Source of the DNA: Phoronis australis
Lineage: Eukaryota; Animalia; Phoronida
Reading direction: 5' to 3'
Length of the DNA: 64,000 nucleotides
NCBI GenBank assembly: GCA_002633005.1
Contig: NMRA01000016.1
Span: 1,070,034-1,134,033, forward strand
Position 1 is the first letter of the stretch, and each line of letters opens with the position of its first letter. Shown here in pieces: positions 23,494 through 64,000 of the stretch. Both the position numbers and the translations under genes were made by a program. A model generated the notes under the pieces. That model did no database searches and had not been told where the DNA came from. It saw only the letters and a program-made list of their open reading frames with translations.

Positions 23494-24423
23494 ATAGATT
23501 ATTACATGGCGAAGTCGTTATCCCCCGTTATCTAGAGCCCTCGTGGATTTTGTAGAATTATCAACCTCGGAACTAACGCCCCTCGGGCGATAATCATTCT
23601 CTAAAATCCACGTTAGCCCCGAGGGTGATAATTCTACAAAATCCACGTGGGTTCTAGATAAGGGGGATAACGGCTGAGAACATGTAATAATTTATTTATA
23701 CCACATACTAAACGAGAAACATTGCAATGAATCGATTTACCTTTTCTGACTCTCCACTGCTTTGTACATGTACATGCATGTAACTACTTTCCATGTCAGA
23801 GGCCCGGGGTCGGAGTTCGTGACCTTTTAAGAAAAGCCGGGCTATTTTTGTCAAATAATGCTTTTACTCAAAACCAATTGAAAACTTAAATATAATAGAA
23901 ATAAATTGAATTTATAAATTAAGGTTTACCAACTATTATAGCTTAAAACAGGTTTTTTTCACGCTAAGCTTCGACCGGAAAATTATCGTCTGCTAAAGTA
24001 GGTTACCACTGGTAACTGAATATAATTCTCAAGTCAAAGATCCTGACGACACGATACCCCCATTCAAACTGGAGATCGGTGATTTACAAGTAAGAGGACA
24101 TGAGAGAAAAAAATTCACTTAATTAAGATATCCTTTTTATGGAAATTATGTGTCTTATTTTTCGTAACGTATAAGTACAGTACAATGCGGTTTGTTGAAC
24201 ATGCGATTATTGCGCGTGCTCATTTAAGTATTCTATTTTCACTCTTGATGACGTCAGTCGCTGCATGGTGTAGTGGTAAAGTCGGTGACCATCAATTTCA
24301 GGGTCGAGGGTTCGACTCCGTCCTCGGTTTCCCGCCAAATCGTTATCTCACTAGTGAGATAACTTTATGGGTTATTACACGGTTGTATCTGCCATTTGAC
24401 GCTATAATTGTGGTATAATCTAT
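23494..24423 (+). mobile_element. Solo full-length copy C of the terminal-hairpin / tRNA-like element
   Basis: Starts ATAGATTAT and ends ATAATCTAT. Expanded 5' hairpin to about 23697. tRNA-like segment 24257-24328 with TGGTGTAGTGG and GGTTCGACTCC boxes, followed by the ttatctcactagtgagataa hairpin. Confidence 0.8.
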
Positions 24424-24612
24424 TATTTATAGTCAATTGTTCGCAAGTCATGATAACTGATTCACACATGTGCACACAATGAGATACATGGCGTGCACAT
24501 TCTTTCAGTCAGGTCATGAAAGGTTTGCACGTGGGGCGTCCTTTAACGTTGGCAAAAATAGTATTGTGAGATGCACGCGATTCAAATGCAATGAAATGAC
24601 AACTTTCACTTC

Positions 24613-25434
24613 ATGTACAAAATGACTTTTGATTTGTGTCACTTCAATGACAATTCAGTCCCAACAAATATAGTTAGTTTTCTAGCTGTATTATTATTTT
24701 TTACGTGCGAACGGGAAGTAGACGGTAGCCGTGCTACCACAAGTGCCAAACTAAAGGATTCACCCAAAATCATCGATGTAAGGCAATCTAAGTACACTAT
24801 ACAGTTCAAAGCATCGTGGAGTGAACTCGACAACACGGCAACAAAATCCCCAATCGGTTACTTACTACTCTTCAGGAAAAAGGGCGACGAAGAATGGAAA
24901 GAACTTCGCGTTTCTGCAGATCGTGAAGTCTGGGACATGCAAATGGAAACCCACTTTGGTGAGACCTACCAAGCTAAACTAAAAGCATTATTTGCCGAAA
25001 TTTCTTTCAATGAGACTTCAAGTCCTGTTTTAGAATTTAAGGCGGCATACCTAGACGAACGCGGCGGCGAAGGCCTATTTCTGTGGATCATGGGTGCAGC
25101 AGCCCTCTTAATTCTGCCTCACGTGATCACGCTGATCTACAGGCTTGCAAATAAGAAGGTTGTAGTTAAAGCAGTTAGCAGTGTGGCCGTAGGTGAAAAC
25201 GTCAGCGACCTCTACGTTGCATTTCTGCCGGATTTCAGAGCGGAAACAAAAAATGCAGGTGGGAAAGAACTCGCGGAGTCTACAGAACCATGTAATATTG
25301 ACACAAAACCTGAACCAGGACAAAATGATGTGACGAAAAACAGTGCACTTGAAGCTAATATTGACACAAAACCTGAACCAGGACAAAATATGACGACAAA
25401 CTATGCGCCTGAAGCTAAGGTGCATTACAGCTAA
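24613..25434 (+). CDS. Orphan single-pass membrane protein with one fibronectin type III-like domain
   Basis: 273-aa ORF. Hydrophobic leader IVSFLAVLLFF, FN3-like pattern (ASW...PIGYLLLFRKKGDEEW...GETYQAKLKA), TM LFLWIMGAAALLILPHVITLIY and a cytoplasmic tail with a duplicated NIDTKPEPGQN. The true start may instead be spliced in at the acceptor ttttctag|24686. Confidence 0.7.
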   Translation: MYKMTFDLCHFNDNSVPTNIVSFLAVLLFFTCEREVDGSRATTSAKLKDSPKIIDVRQSKYTIQFKASWSELDNTATKSPIGYLLLFRKKGDEEWKELRVSADREVWDMQMETHFGETYQAKLKALFAEISFNETSSPVLEFKAAYLDERGGEGLFLWIMGAAALLILPHVITLIYRLANKKVVVKAVSSVAVGENVSDLYVAFLPDFRAETKNAGGKELAESTEPCNIDTKPEPGQNDVTKNSALEANIDTKPEPGQNMTTNYAPEAKVHYS

Positions 25435-26240
25435 GAAAACACCAGTAGCAATATCACTGACCAACCAACACGGGAAAAATAGCGGCAACAGTCGGTTGCC
25501 TCTATAAAGAGTTCATGGTTACTGAAATCTTGTATTTTGTGAAAACTGGACCCGCCACCTTGTTATAAGTTCCGTATGAACATTGTCGGTGACCAGACGG
25601 CCGTCCACGTGACGAAGTAATCTTGGCCTATATAATTGTACTGTACCACGAGACGCAGCAGTCCATGTTACCTATGGTACCCAAATGTACTATAGTCATT
25701 TGCAACAGCACACATTGATATGTCTGCGATGCAAAGCGCTGCATACCCACAGCTCTCCACCGCGCATGCCGGGCACCGCCACTAAGCGCAGAAAACGTAA
25801 AGGTCCGAGTCTGAATGTGAATTGGGAGACTGAATAAACCCTGGACCTGTATTGCCACTGCGCAAACCATCTGCATTACTATTAAAGGAACATTTCACCG
25901 CTGATTAGTTGCCGAACTGTTTTATTCTAAACCAAAGCACTAAGTTGGGGTTGAAACATTACACTTTACCGATCCCGCTGAGTCGAAATCAGCCAACAAA
26001 TCAATACACACGTGTCATTCTCAAATTCGCAATTTTAGGATTGGCTGACCCACAAAAATGTTCAAGTACTTTCTGGAGTCACCCATGGCCTATATGTTTT
26101 TCCGGGTCAATGTAAGGGATATTATGGGCGGGACAAATCTTATGAACTGAAGTGGCTTGCTTATTTTTTGGCAGCTAAATATAAACCAGGCTAGTCATTG
26201 GTACAAGTACCCATACTTCTGCCGACAACCGTGACAATAA

Positions 26241-26370
26241 GCGGATCCAGGGGATAGTCACGGGTACGGACCACCAATTTTTACCCTTGATATCAAATCT
26301 AGAATTTTCAAATTGTTGACTTAAAAATCCTTGATCTGACCACCCCCTTTTAAAAATTCTGGATCCACCC
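26241..26370. mobile_element. Small GCGGATCCAG...CTGGATCC MITE-like element
   Basis: Short terminal inverted repeat gcggatccag / ctggatccac with G/C-rich subterminal runs. Confidence 0.5.
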
Positions 26371-28435
26371 CCGCCTGAGCACAGGCTGATTTATTTAGTG
26401 GGTGGGACAAGAAGGTCCAGGTTAGCAACAAACAATACGTGACTTTCTTATTGTGTAATCATTAATATTTTCTGCTACAGCAAATCATGGTGTACAAGAT
26501 TTGTCAAGGAAGCTTACCATGACAAAACTTAAAGCATACATAAAGTTGGGCCCTATCACAGAAGTCTATGGTAGCCCTGGGAACAGTACTAAGTGAACTC
26601 CGTGTGTTAGTAAGCTAGACACCATGATAAGATATTAGAAAGCACCATACTGACACTATATACAAGAGCATGTACATACGGTAAAATTCTTCAATTTAGG
26701 AAAAATGCAATTGCTGAAATTGGCATACGCGGTACTTGAGAAGTTTACCTCATTCTTGTATATGCTCAAACATTTGGTAAATGTTTGATGTTCAATAAAA
26801 ACCATGATAAAAGCAAAGTAAACTTTCATGAACAGGTATTTTTGTTGAGAAATTTGACATATCCACCATATTGTGTACCAAAGTGAAGAATTTATACCAT
26901 AATATTTATGTGTGCCACAGCAGTTACACTTCATAAAATGCAATGAGACACTAAACACAGATTTGCCTCTTAAAATAAATACCCTATGTAAAGAATAGGC
27001 ATGTCTACAAACCAATCAAAGACCTTTTTACATATCTCCAAATTCAGGCCCAAACTGATGAACTGTGGAAAATAAATAAAAAACCCACTAGTATTACCAC
27101 TGAGTTGAACCTTAATTGAAAAAAACATGTACCTTTAGCTCCTCACAAGATGTGCAACCCTCGATCAAAATCTTGAAACTAGTATCAGCACAATGAAGGA
27201 AATCAGTAGGGAGTCAGAGGTAGAAGTTTAACATGTTTACTATAGGAGGGAATGAGGGAAGCGACAATAATTTTGCACCTGATATTGTAAAACTGGGTCA
27301 CTTATGATGCGTCGTTCAAATGCTAATGACTGGGAGGCAAAAAGTAACACGTATCCAATCAACTGGGTGCATGAAATTTATTTAACAACACTGGACAACA
27401 ACTACAGGTAAGTTCGTCACGTGTTTACAAAACCAACTGTACTTGTTGATGTTTTATAGATGAGAGCATCTCAGTGACACCAGCCTTAAAGCTTTCATTT
27501 ACAAACCTCTATTGAGAATTATCCTTTGAAAAGTGCCAACTGGAAAGGAGACTTCAAAACTACTAAAACGCAAGATGTTTTATGGGTAACACAAAATGTT
27601 CCTAGAGATTTAAGTGATTCATCGTAGGGATTGCTGTCTTTTAACCACATATGCAGTCTTTCTTAAAGTACTCGGAAATCTTCTCATGACCACTCGTGTC
27701 TTGATTGCACTTGACTAGACCACCTGAACTCTCTCATTCTTAAAAACTGAAAATTATCTTAAAGAGGTGGTCGTTTACTCCGCAACAGGCTTTCTAGCTA
27801 TTCACCGATAAGGGCTGCCTTCCCTAGACCCAGGACATTAGCTTGAAAAACCTCTGCTTATGAAATAAAAAAGAGTTGCATAACGTCTTTTATGAATCCT
27901 ATCCCACAATTTTTTCCAACCTCACCAGCCAATCACCTCTTTGACCGCAAGTTTGCTAAGTTAAGCTACAAAGGTATCAAGAGTAGTCACGAAACTCACC
28001 CTTCACTTGTGCGACTTTACATCGGGCAGGGACTCTACTGAAAATTATTTCTGGCATTTTTTGTTCTACTGTTGTGCAAACTCAAGATGAGTGTCCATAA
28101 TTCTGTGCTCGAGTAAATTATGGTTTAATATGCAAATGAGTTTTTAGTCCAAGCTTGCATTCGATGATCCCTAGATAAAAGGTAACAGCTCAGTGATAAT
28201 CCAAGGTTTCACATAAAAAGTCTAAATTTCGAGTTCAGATTTGCACTTTTAGTCTCAATGATGGAGTCATCAAATGCAAACTAGGATTGAACTTCCACAA
28301 AAGTACATAACAGAAAATGTCAAAAATAATTTCTAGTTCCATCACGAGTAAAAAAAACTTAAACCCTGGGCCATAGTCCTGCGTGACCTCGTCTTCCTCG
28401 GGAGAAACTTGGTCCACGGAACACCATCCAGATCT

Positions 28436-45932
<17,497 letters not shown>

Positions 45933-46089
45933 GTTCACGGCCACCAAACAGCTTACATACTTAAAATGTTTCTAAAATTAATTCCCGTTTTCTGTGGTCC
46001 ACCATTGCCTAGTGCTGCTACCTGGTGTTCGTGTAGTTTTCAATAAAAGAAGTTAAGTTTCGGTGTTCGGCCATTATTCGCGTGGAAAG
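45933..46089. promoter_or_regulatory. Bidirectional promoter region shared by MTMR2 and AIFM1
   Basis: Divergent start codons at 45932 (-) and 46090 (+) are only 157 bp apart. Confidence 0.7.
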
Positions 46090-57042
<10,953 letters not shown>

Positions 57043-59250
57043 ATAAACTTTAATTTTTAGTTGTTATACAGATTCACGGAGCTTTGCTGCCAGTCAACCT
57101 GGAACAGAATATTTCAAAATTGTAATATTATTAGCCACTCCTTCTTTCTCAGTTATTAATTTATTGTAAGCCAAAACACAGTTGGATTTAACTTACTGCA
57201 AGAGATATGCAAAAATCATGGGGTTTTCATGTGAACTGTTAGTGGGTGTGTTTAGGATGTCAATTTTTCCTCAGCTAAAACCTGGTTGATTAAGTGTTGA
57301 TTTGTATTCTGGCAGTCCACAGTTAGATTGCCCAGTGCTGTGGAAGAATGGGCTGTGCGTTTTGGTTTGCTCAGGTTTGTGAATTATTTGATAAATTTTA
57401 CTTTAGGAAAATGTCAAGAGGTATCATAACTTGTGCTGTATGAGATTGTTGCAATTATTTTAAGTCTTGTCTGCACGCCATCTGTTGCCTGTATCTGATG
57501 ACCTAATTAATATAAGTCTGAAAAGGTTTCTGCCCTCAACGTGACACGAACCCAGGACGTTCTGCTAAGGTGCAGATTAACATATTCATCTGTATGAGAT
57601 TATCATTCACTTTGGTTGTCGTGGTCCTGTTCCATCAATGAAGACTATAGTCTTGTACAAAGGCGTATAAATTACCACAAAACTTAGGCTGTTTGGCATT
57701 GTTGAAAGTGTATGTAACCTATTACATATGTTTGTGATCTCTGGGACATTGTTTGAAAGGCTGTGTATAAAAAGCTGTATCAAATTAGCTTCAAATTCTA
57801 TCAGAAATAAATAATTTAGTAACTGATAATCGAGTATGTTTTCTTGCCTCGCCCAAGTGTGTCATCTGGGAGAGTTTTTAGGCGTGTCATACATGCCTAT
57901 GGTAGACGGTTTGCATAAAATCAAGTTTTCATAGGAGGCGGGTGTCACTATTGTTATTAGGTGTATGTTGTTTAAGCAACTGGTTTCAAGTCGCGACCTA
58001 ATCTTGTGCCCTGATTGGCTCATCCCACTTGCTGTGGTCTTCCCACGAATGAGTTCCATTCCCAAAGTCTAGCATGATGGGGTGATTTTTCATGGACTAG
58101 TTTTTGGCGACTCGTGATTTTTGTCGCTGGCACTCCTGGTAATCGTAGCTGCTGGACACCAGCTCTGAATCTAGCTTACTAAAATAGTTTTGACCCATTA
58201 ATAGAGCATTAACAACTACTTTTCTAGCTATCTAAAACAATGCAGTTCCTTGTAACCTTGCGAACTCTCAAAAGTTTGTAGCAAATTTTGAAATCTTTCA
58301 AAGTCAGCTAAACATGGAAGCACGACCTACGCTTTAGGCCACAACCATAGTATCCATTCTGTAACACAATAGTATTTAGTGCCACACGGTGTGTTTGTTG
58401 TTGAATCCTGCTTTTGTCACTCATTCGCTTATGGTGCTTTAGACTGGACGAAGACTGATTGAAATCGCCATGGCTGGGTTTAGTATTGCTCTTTTAATTT
58501 AGGATATTTGCCTCCCCGCGTCGTGTCTGAGCAAGCGAACACACGGCTTCCTGGTCTTCAGCATGTGCCGGTCTCGGTCATTCTTGTGACGCGCTCAGTC
58601 CCCCCAAGATCTGCTCCCAATTTGATGCCCCTCTCCCTCACAAAGCTACGACATGTTGCAACGATACAATAAGTTGACTCTACACGGTAGGCCGTTTTAT
58701 GGGTTTAGTGTACCTCGTGTCTCGTGCACTACAAATTGACAGTTCTCCTGAGACCAGAAATCACGTAATCTGATTATATACAAGGGGCAAATTGAATGGC
58801 AAGTTGTTTAGTCTTAGGTAGAATATTTTGTGTAGCAGCTTTACAGATTGAAAATGATTGTTGCATCCTGTTTGTTTCATCAAATTTCAAAAAGAACAAA
58901 GTCTTGGTTGGTAACGTTTAGTTACTGTGAAGTCATGATCGCTCGGCTGTCGCGATTAACTGACCTATCGCCAGGATTATGACCTACGTCTTAACTGACC
59001 AATAAGAACGCAGTATTCTTGGCACACCGTCGTCTGCATTTCCAAGCCGCCATTTTACCCGAGAAACAATGCACGTTGTTGGTAAACCTTTTCTTTGTCT
59101 ATAGCTCAAGAAATTGTACGATATGAAAGGTGAAACGGTGTTGATATAGCGTGTGTCAGAAGCTCTGATAGCTGAAGAATATCCCGTCACTTTTTGGGCA
59201 TTCATTAAACCGAAAAGTTGAACACAACTACCGGTATATTTGTTCCAAGA

Positions 59251-59348
59251 CACAGGCGTCCTCAGCTTCTGATCGTCCCCAATACACTATATATAATACT
59301 ACAAAAATGTAGTGTATTGGGGACGATCAGAAGCTGAGGTCGCCTGTG
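59251..59348. mobile_element. 98-bp near-perfect palindromic hAT-type MITE with an 8-bp TSD
   Basis: cacaggcgtcctcagcttctgatcgtccccaatacacta...tagtgtattggggacgatcagaagctgaggtcgcctgtg, flanked by ttccaaga at 59243-59250 and 59349-59356. Confidence 0.85.
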
Positions 59349-60827
59349 TTCCAAGATACGTGCATTTCAGTTTGGTGGCTATCTGATTTTGACTCCAGAG
59401 TTTCACTCTCTGGGCGCCTTTGTCTCGGAATCTGAAGAATATCCCAGCACTAGTTTACTCCTCGGAAATTGTTTTTAAGGACATTTTTATTATTTTTCAT
59501 TTATTTCGACCTATTGTGGACATCGTTTTGCTTTCGTACCAGAGGTATATTTTTGTTATACAAAAAATCCGAAGGCTGGCGTTCAACTGAACGTCTCACC
59601 AAAATTGACTGAGATTCGATCGGCACAGGGAGGAGCAAGATTACTGAATTCAAAGCCCCGTTCTAGTTGTTGTCACGATACAATAAACAGTTGAATTGCT
59701 TTTTGTTGAGAATCTCTAGTATACACTACGCCTGTAGAGTTAGGGAGAGTTCATTTTGTAGTTGTTCAAACAGGATATTTGGATTTATGAAGCTTTAAAA
59801 AAAACTTTTTAGTTATTTTTGTAAATGGCCATTTTTGTCACTACACCAGGCTTGTTTGTAACCATACCACAGCTTAGTGATTATGATACGTTTTAAATTA
59901 GATGAAAGCTACCTTAAATTTATGCAATGAAACTACAAAAAATGTGAAGTTCATCAGGTTTACCTAACTCAAATGTCTTTTTGTGCACTGAATTACGGCC
60001 AATTCCATTCATTAATTTAACTTGGACACAGCCCTACACCCACCGGAGCTAACTACTTGCCTAGGACAAGATGAATTATGTGTCTGAGCTATGAACCTGA
60101 TTTTTTTAATCAAAACAATTTGCTCGAAGATTAGAAAAGTATAAACAGTGCTATCGACTCCACCTACTTTACTCGGGAGAATCCCATCAGTTGTGACCTG
60201 TGTATACTTTATTTTCTGTTTTGGCGGAATTTAGCAGACGGCAGAATATAAATATCGGCGAATCTTTACTGATTTTGTTCGAAATACCCTGAAATCTATG
60301 ACATCGTAGAGAAAATTCGACTTTAAGTTACACACCTAGCTTTTCATGAACAAATCGCATCAGTGGTCTTGTTAGTTTTCAAGTGAAGAGAACCCCGTGT
60401 GGGGTTCTTCGGATTTCCGAAATACCTTTCATCGAACACATATTTTTTCATCGACGCCTTTACAATTCTCAAACCATAAACGTTCTATTATTCTTAGCTG
60501 AAACGCGTCACCTAGCTGTTGTCTTCGTCGAAGCGTTTTCGGGAAGTGCAAAAAACTCATCGATTCCACTAAGAACGTCGTTTGGCGACAGTGCATTTGC
60601 CTCTGACTTCTAGTTTGTTTGTCGAGTGTCACGTGACTTAGCAAGGGGGCGGAGCTTCTGATACGTCAAATACTCTACGTGATAGCTAGGACCTTAGGTC
60701 AGATTCTCTGATATATACAGGCTTTCGAAATGCGGCCTTTGTACAAATCTGTTGACGAAGCACATGTGGTCCGATCATAGCCGTTTTCCGATGGACGAGG
60801 CACACGCGCACCGACTCAGTTTAATGA

Positions 60828-62732
60828 CATGGGGGCCCGTCCAATTTTAGGAATGTGGACCTTTTACCGGCGCATCACCGAAGTCCACTAAAAAGGCGGG
60901 AACTACCAAAATTCGACGAATGCACAACTAATATCCGCTCTGTTTGTACCCCGCGAAACTTAGTAAAAGGTCCAACATTCTCGAAAGTTCGAGGCCCCCC
61001 CCCCGATTTTTCTGGGTACGTGCATGTACCCTGTGCTCAAACTCCACTCCCATGGACTAATTCATAGTCAGATACTGAACATTGTAGATTGGTACAGTAC
61101 GTCATAGATTGGTGCCAGCGAGATAACGTTCGTACTTTGAGTTAGTCAAAGGTTAGAAGGGACCATGCCTTGAGCCGTCAGTGCAGACTAGACGGACCCT
61201 CGAGAGCCGGTCGAATTTGAGTCATGGTCCGACGTAGTCCACTTGTTTAATTGTAGTGTAGTCTATCTGACATCAAATTTGTGTTCTTGATTGCCTGGCT
61301 TCGCGGACGAAATAAGTAAGTTCAGTTGTGAATTCGTCGGTCTGCTAGTATCACGCGTGGCAAGGATCGAGGGGTCAGCCTTAATAGTTGAACGTTAGAG
61401 GTCGTACGCGTTACAACGCTGAACAAGAAAAAAACGTTTGTCTGATTTTTTTATGCCGGTCAGTGACGAATTACGGTCTCTGGCCGGGTAACGTCAGAGC
61501 CGTTCTGCATATATGACTGACCCCTCCGACTCACCATTTTAATTCGCTGAAAATGCTGCTCATTACTTCATTAAAAATATGAGGCACGTACACTATCTCT
61601 CACTCCCGGGACCGACGCGCTGATCGATGTGTTGAGCAAGTCGCTCTCCCTAGACTAGGCCTAAGTCTTACACTCTTACAGTTATGCAGTTCTGTCGTCG
61701 GCCAGCCCTTGTATTGTCGGCATTGACGTGAGTACGGTGATTTGAGCACAACATCTACCTTGAAAGTCTTGAGACTAAAACTAAAAATTCTCGTGCTTTC
61801 TTGTATCAGATCAAATATGTGATGTTGATGTATTGGACGCATCCCGCTGTCAGCTGTTGATGCATGGCGTAGCCGTTGACGTCATCGTGTACGGGGGGGG
61901 GGGGCTNNNNNNNNNNNNNNNNNNNNNNNNNNNNNNNNNNNNNNNNNNNNNNNNNNNNNNNNNNNNNNNNNNNNNNNNNNNNNNNNNNNNNNNNNNNNNN
62001 NNNNNNNNNNNNNNNNNNNNNNNNNNNNNNNNNNNNNNNNNNNNNNNNNNNNNNNNNNNNNNNNNNNNNNNNNNNNNNNNNNNNNNNNNNNNNNNNNNNN
62101 NNNNNNNNNNNNNNNNNNNNNNNNNNNNGGCGCGCAGCACTGAAAAAAGTGTGGGGGGGCCTAAAGCCGCCTATGCATAGAAGAACACCTTCAGGTGGCC
62201 CCACCGTTCCGGGTGTCATTACTCTTCCCGCCACGAACAAATACTGGAATCAAACTTTTTTCGAACAATCATTCGTTCAGTTTCCCAAATCTGCCGGAGT
62301 ATTTGTTTGACGGCTGGGAAGCCGAGTTATAGACATCCGGAACAGCCTCTTAAGGATGGTTTATTCGGTACGAGGTATAATTTGTGGAAAAGCTTTTGGC
62401 GTACTGCGAACATTTGGGATGGCCACCTACTCTACAGGGCCATTTGAGACGGTGGTGTCTGTGTACGGGTCCGCCGTGTCCTTCCTCATGTGCGCACTCA
62501 GCCTTAAAAATGGGGGGCTATAATTTTTAAGAATGTGGATCTTTCATTAAGATTCACGGGGTACATTCAGAGCTATGAATGATGCATTTGGCGAATTTTA
62601 GTAGTTCCTGCCTTTTTGGTGGACTTCGTCTCGTTTTCTACGTTTTTCGGAGTTTTTGTTTCTCTGAGGCTGACTTTTTCTCCCACTTCGTCAAAATCGG
62701 GGGCTCGTTCGAGCCTCCTGGGTCCGCGCATG
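60828..62732. mobile_element. Cluster of G/C-run MITE-like fragments around the second N gap
   Basis: CATG-terminated segments with poly-G/poly-C runs and a ggaccttt/aaaggtcc inverted pair (about 60828-61026 and 61863-62732). Boundaries uncertain. Confidence 0.35.
61907..62128. other. Assembly gap (N run)
   Basis: Run of n. Confidence 1.
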
Positions 62733-62954
62733 TACCTGCATTGCAAAAAGCCTTGTGAGATAAATCTGCAGTGAGTGGTTAGGCATTGTAAGCAATTACT
62801 GGAAAGTCGATCGTGTGGCGATAGTACGCGTCCTCATCTTAGTGAATAACATCGAATATAACGTGCGACACATTGAGTTATAATTAGCACATACATGTAC
62901 CATGACACTGGGGACAACTTTGTCAATAGAATTTAGATTTAAGATTTTGTTCCA

Positions 62955-62957
<3 letters not shown>

Positions 62958-62997
<40 letters not shown>
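62958..62997. repeat. (TA)n microsatellite
   Basis: About 20 TA units, directly visible. Confidence 0.95.
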
Positions 62998-62999
<2 letters not shown>

Positions 63000-63401
63000 T
63001 ATTAGCGTCCATACAAACACTGTTAACGAGCTAGTAATACAACAGAACTACACAAAGTACATGTAATAATAATAAGAGAAAAGAGATCGGGTACTACAAT
63101 TTTATAATGATGCTCTCACTGAACGAATATCAGAACAGTAGTAGGTCACTTGTAGAAATAGCTAAGAGAAAGGGATTGACTGAATTGTCAAACCACATGA
63201 AGACGATACGTAACACAACACTGAAAGGCAGTACAAAGATGGCTGTAGTACTGAAACTTAGAAAAGCCTAGACTAACGTCTGAACGCGCTATGATAAGCT
63301 GTATAAAGTTTGTTATCGTCTGATTTAAAATTCCACCTTGTTCACTAACAACAAGAATGATATACATGTAATTCCAGATTCTTTGTGGGACATAACTTAC
63401 G

Positions 63402-63536
63402 ATGTTCCGACGATACATTGCACTCGCCTGTGTAGTCTCTGTTGCCTACTGGCTGTACTTGCCGTTACCGGAAGGTGGCGAAGAACCAGTGAAAACTCGT
63501 CTGATACTCTCCGTCTTCAGAGCGTTAACCTCTATG
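63402..63536 (+). CDS. First coding exon of an AADAC/NCEH1-family (arylacetamide deacetylase-like) esterase; gene continues beyond the window
   Basis: MFRRYIALACVVSVAYWLYLPLPEGGEEPVKTRLILSVFRALTSM|gtatgc: a signal-anchor plus the YxPLP...EPxK motif typical of AADAC/NCEH1 exon 1, ending at a phase-0 donor. Confidence 0.7.
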
Positions 63537-63883
63537 GTATGCATGTTGAATATCGTGCCAAGGATAGTAGATAGAACTGTTAAAAACTCGCATAGTACTA
63601 TAGTAAATACCATTAGACTACCACAACTCAATTGGACGAAATGGTACCACGTAGAAGCTCAGTTGGTTTAATAAATGTTTCAGTCATGGGGGAAATTGAG
63701 TCGCCAAGAATGCCATCTATGCCCTCTATCGGGATGTTTGCAGTGTAGCACACCTTGTCGCCTTGCATAGTAAATGCACGGAATGCTGTTGTGGAAAAAC
63801 TGCACCTCCAATTGGTTCATTGTTGCTGGGGATAATTATGGGAGCGTTTGGATGAACTTCCCGTATGCAACTATTGGTAACCA

Positions 63884-64000
63884 CTGGCGGATTTAGAGGG
63901 AGGCCAAGGGGGCCATGCCCCCCCCCGAAAATTATCCCAGATTCCAATTGGAGTGCGAATGTCTGACGGCAAAGTCTTGACTAATACTCTGCCCCCCCCC
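63884..64000. mobile_element. Start of a GGCGGATTTAG-type MITE in the esterase intron
   Basis: ctggcggatttagagggaggccaagggggccatgcccccccc terminus. The other end is outside the window. Confidence 0.4.

Noticed and set aside
16972-24328. tRNA-like modules as functional tRNA genes
   Set aside because: D and anticodon stems pair poorly, the anticodon position differs between copies, and all are embedded in a repeat family.

Overview
Intron-rich, AT-rich metazoan (probably marine invertebrate bilaterian) draft-assembly DNA. It is not prokaryotic and has no CRISPR or rRNA. I reconstructed three conserved genes exon by exon from GT-AG junctions and reading frame: GPATCH3 (minus, 160-4870), a myotubularin of the MTM1/MTMR1/MTMR2 type (minus, 28436-45932, 17 exons, about 654 aa) and AIFM1 (plus, 46090-57042). 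The last two are head-to-head with only 157 bp between start codons. The first exon of an AADAC/NCEH1-like esterase starts at 63402. The accessory region (5-26 kb) holds the most unusual material. (i) An orphan gene invisible in the ORF track, built from seven tandem 36-nt symmetric micro-exons plus a terminal exon that reads as a GPI-anchor signal. (ii) A family of about 0.8-0.9 kb non-coding elements with a terminal hairpin and an internal tRNA-like module, four of them in tail-to-tail palindromic pairs. (iii) A CR1-like LINE nested in a MITE with a 15-bp TSD. (iv) An orphan FN3-transmembrane gene. The AIF N-terminus appears to contain a prag01/Deltameth_res (COX7B-like) membrane segment. 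Six single-n contig joins and two N-gaps truncate exons and probably create two haplotype-like tandem duplications, so copy numbers need read-level confirmation.
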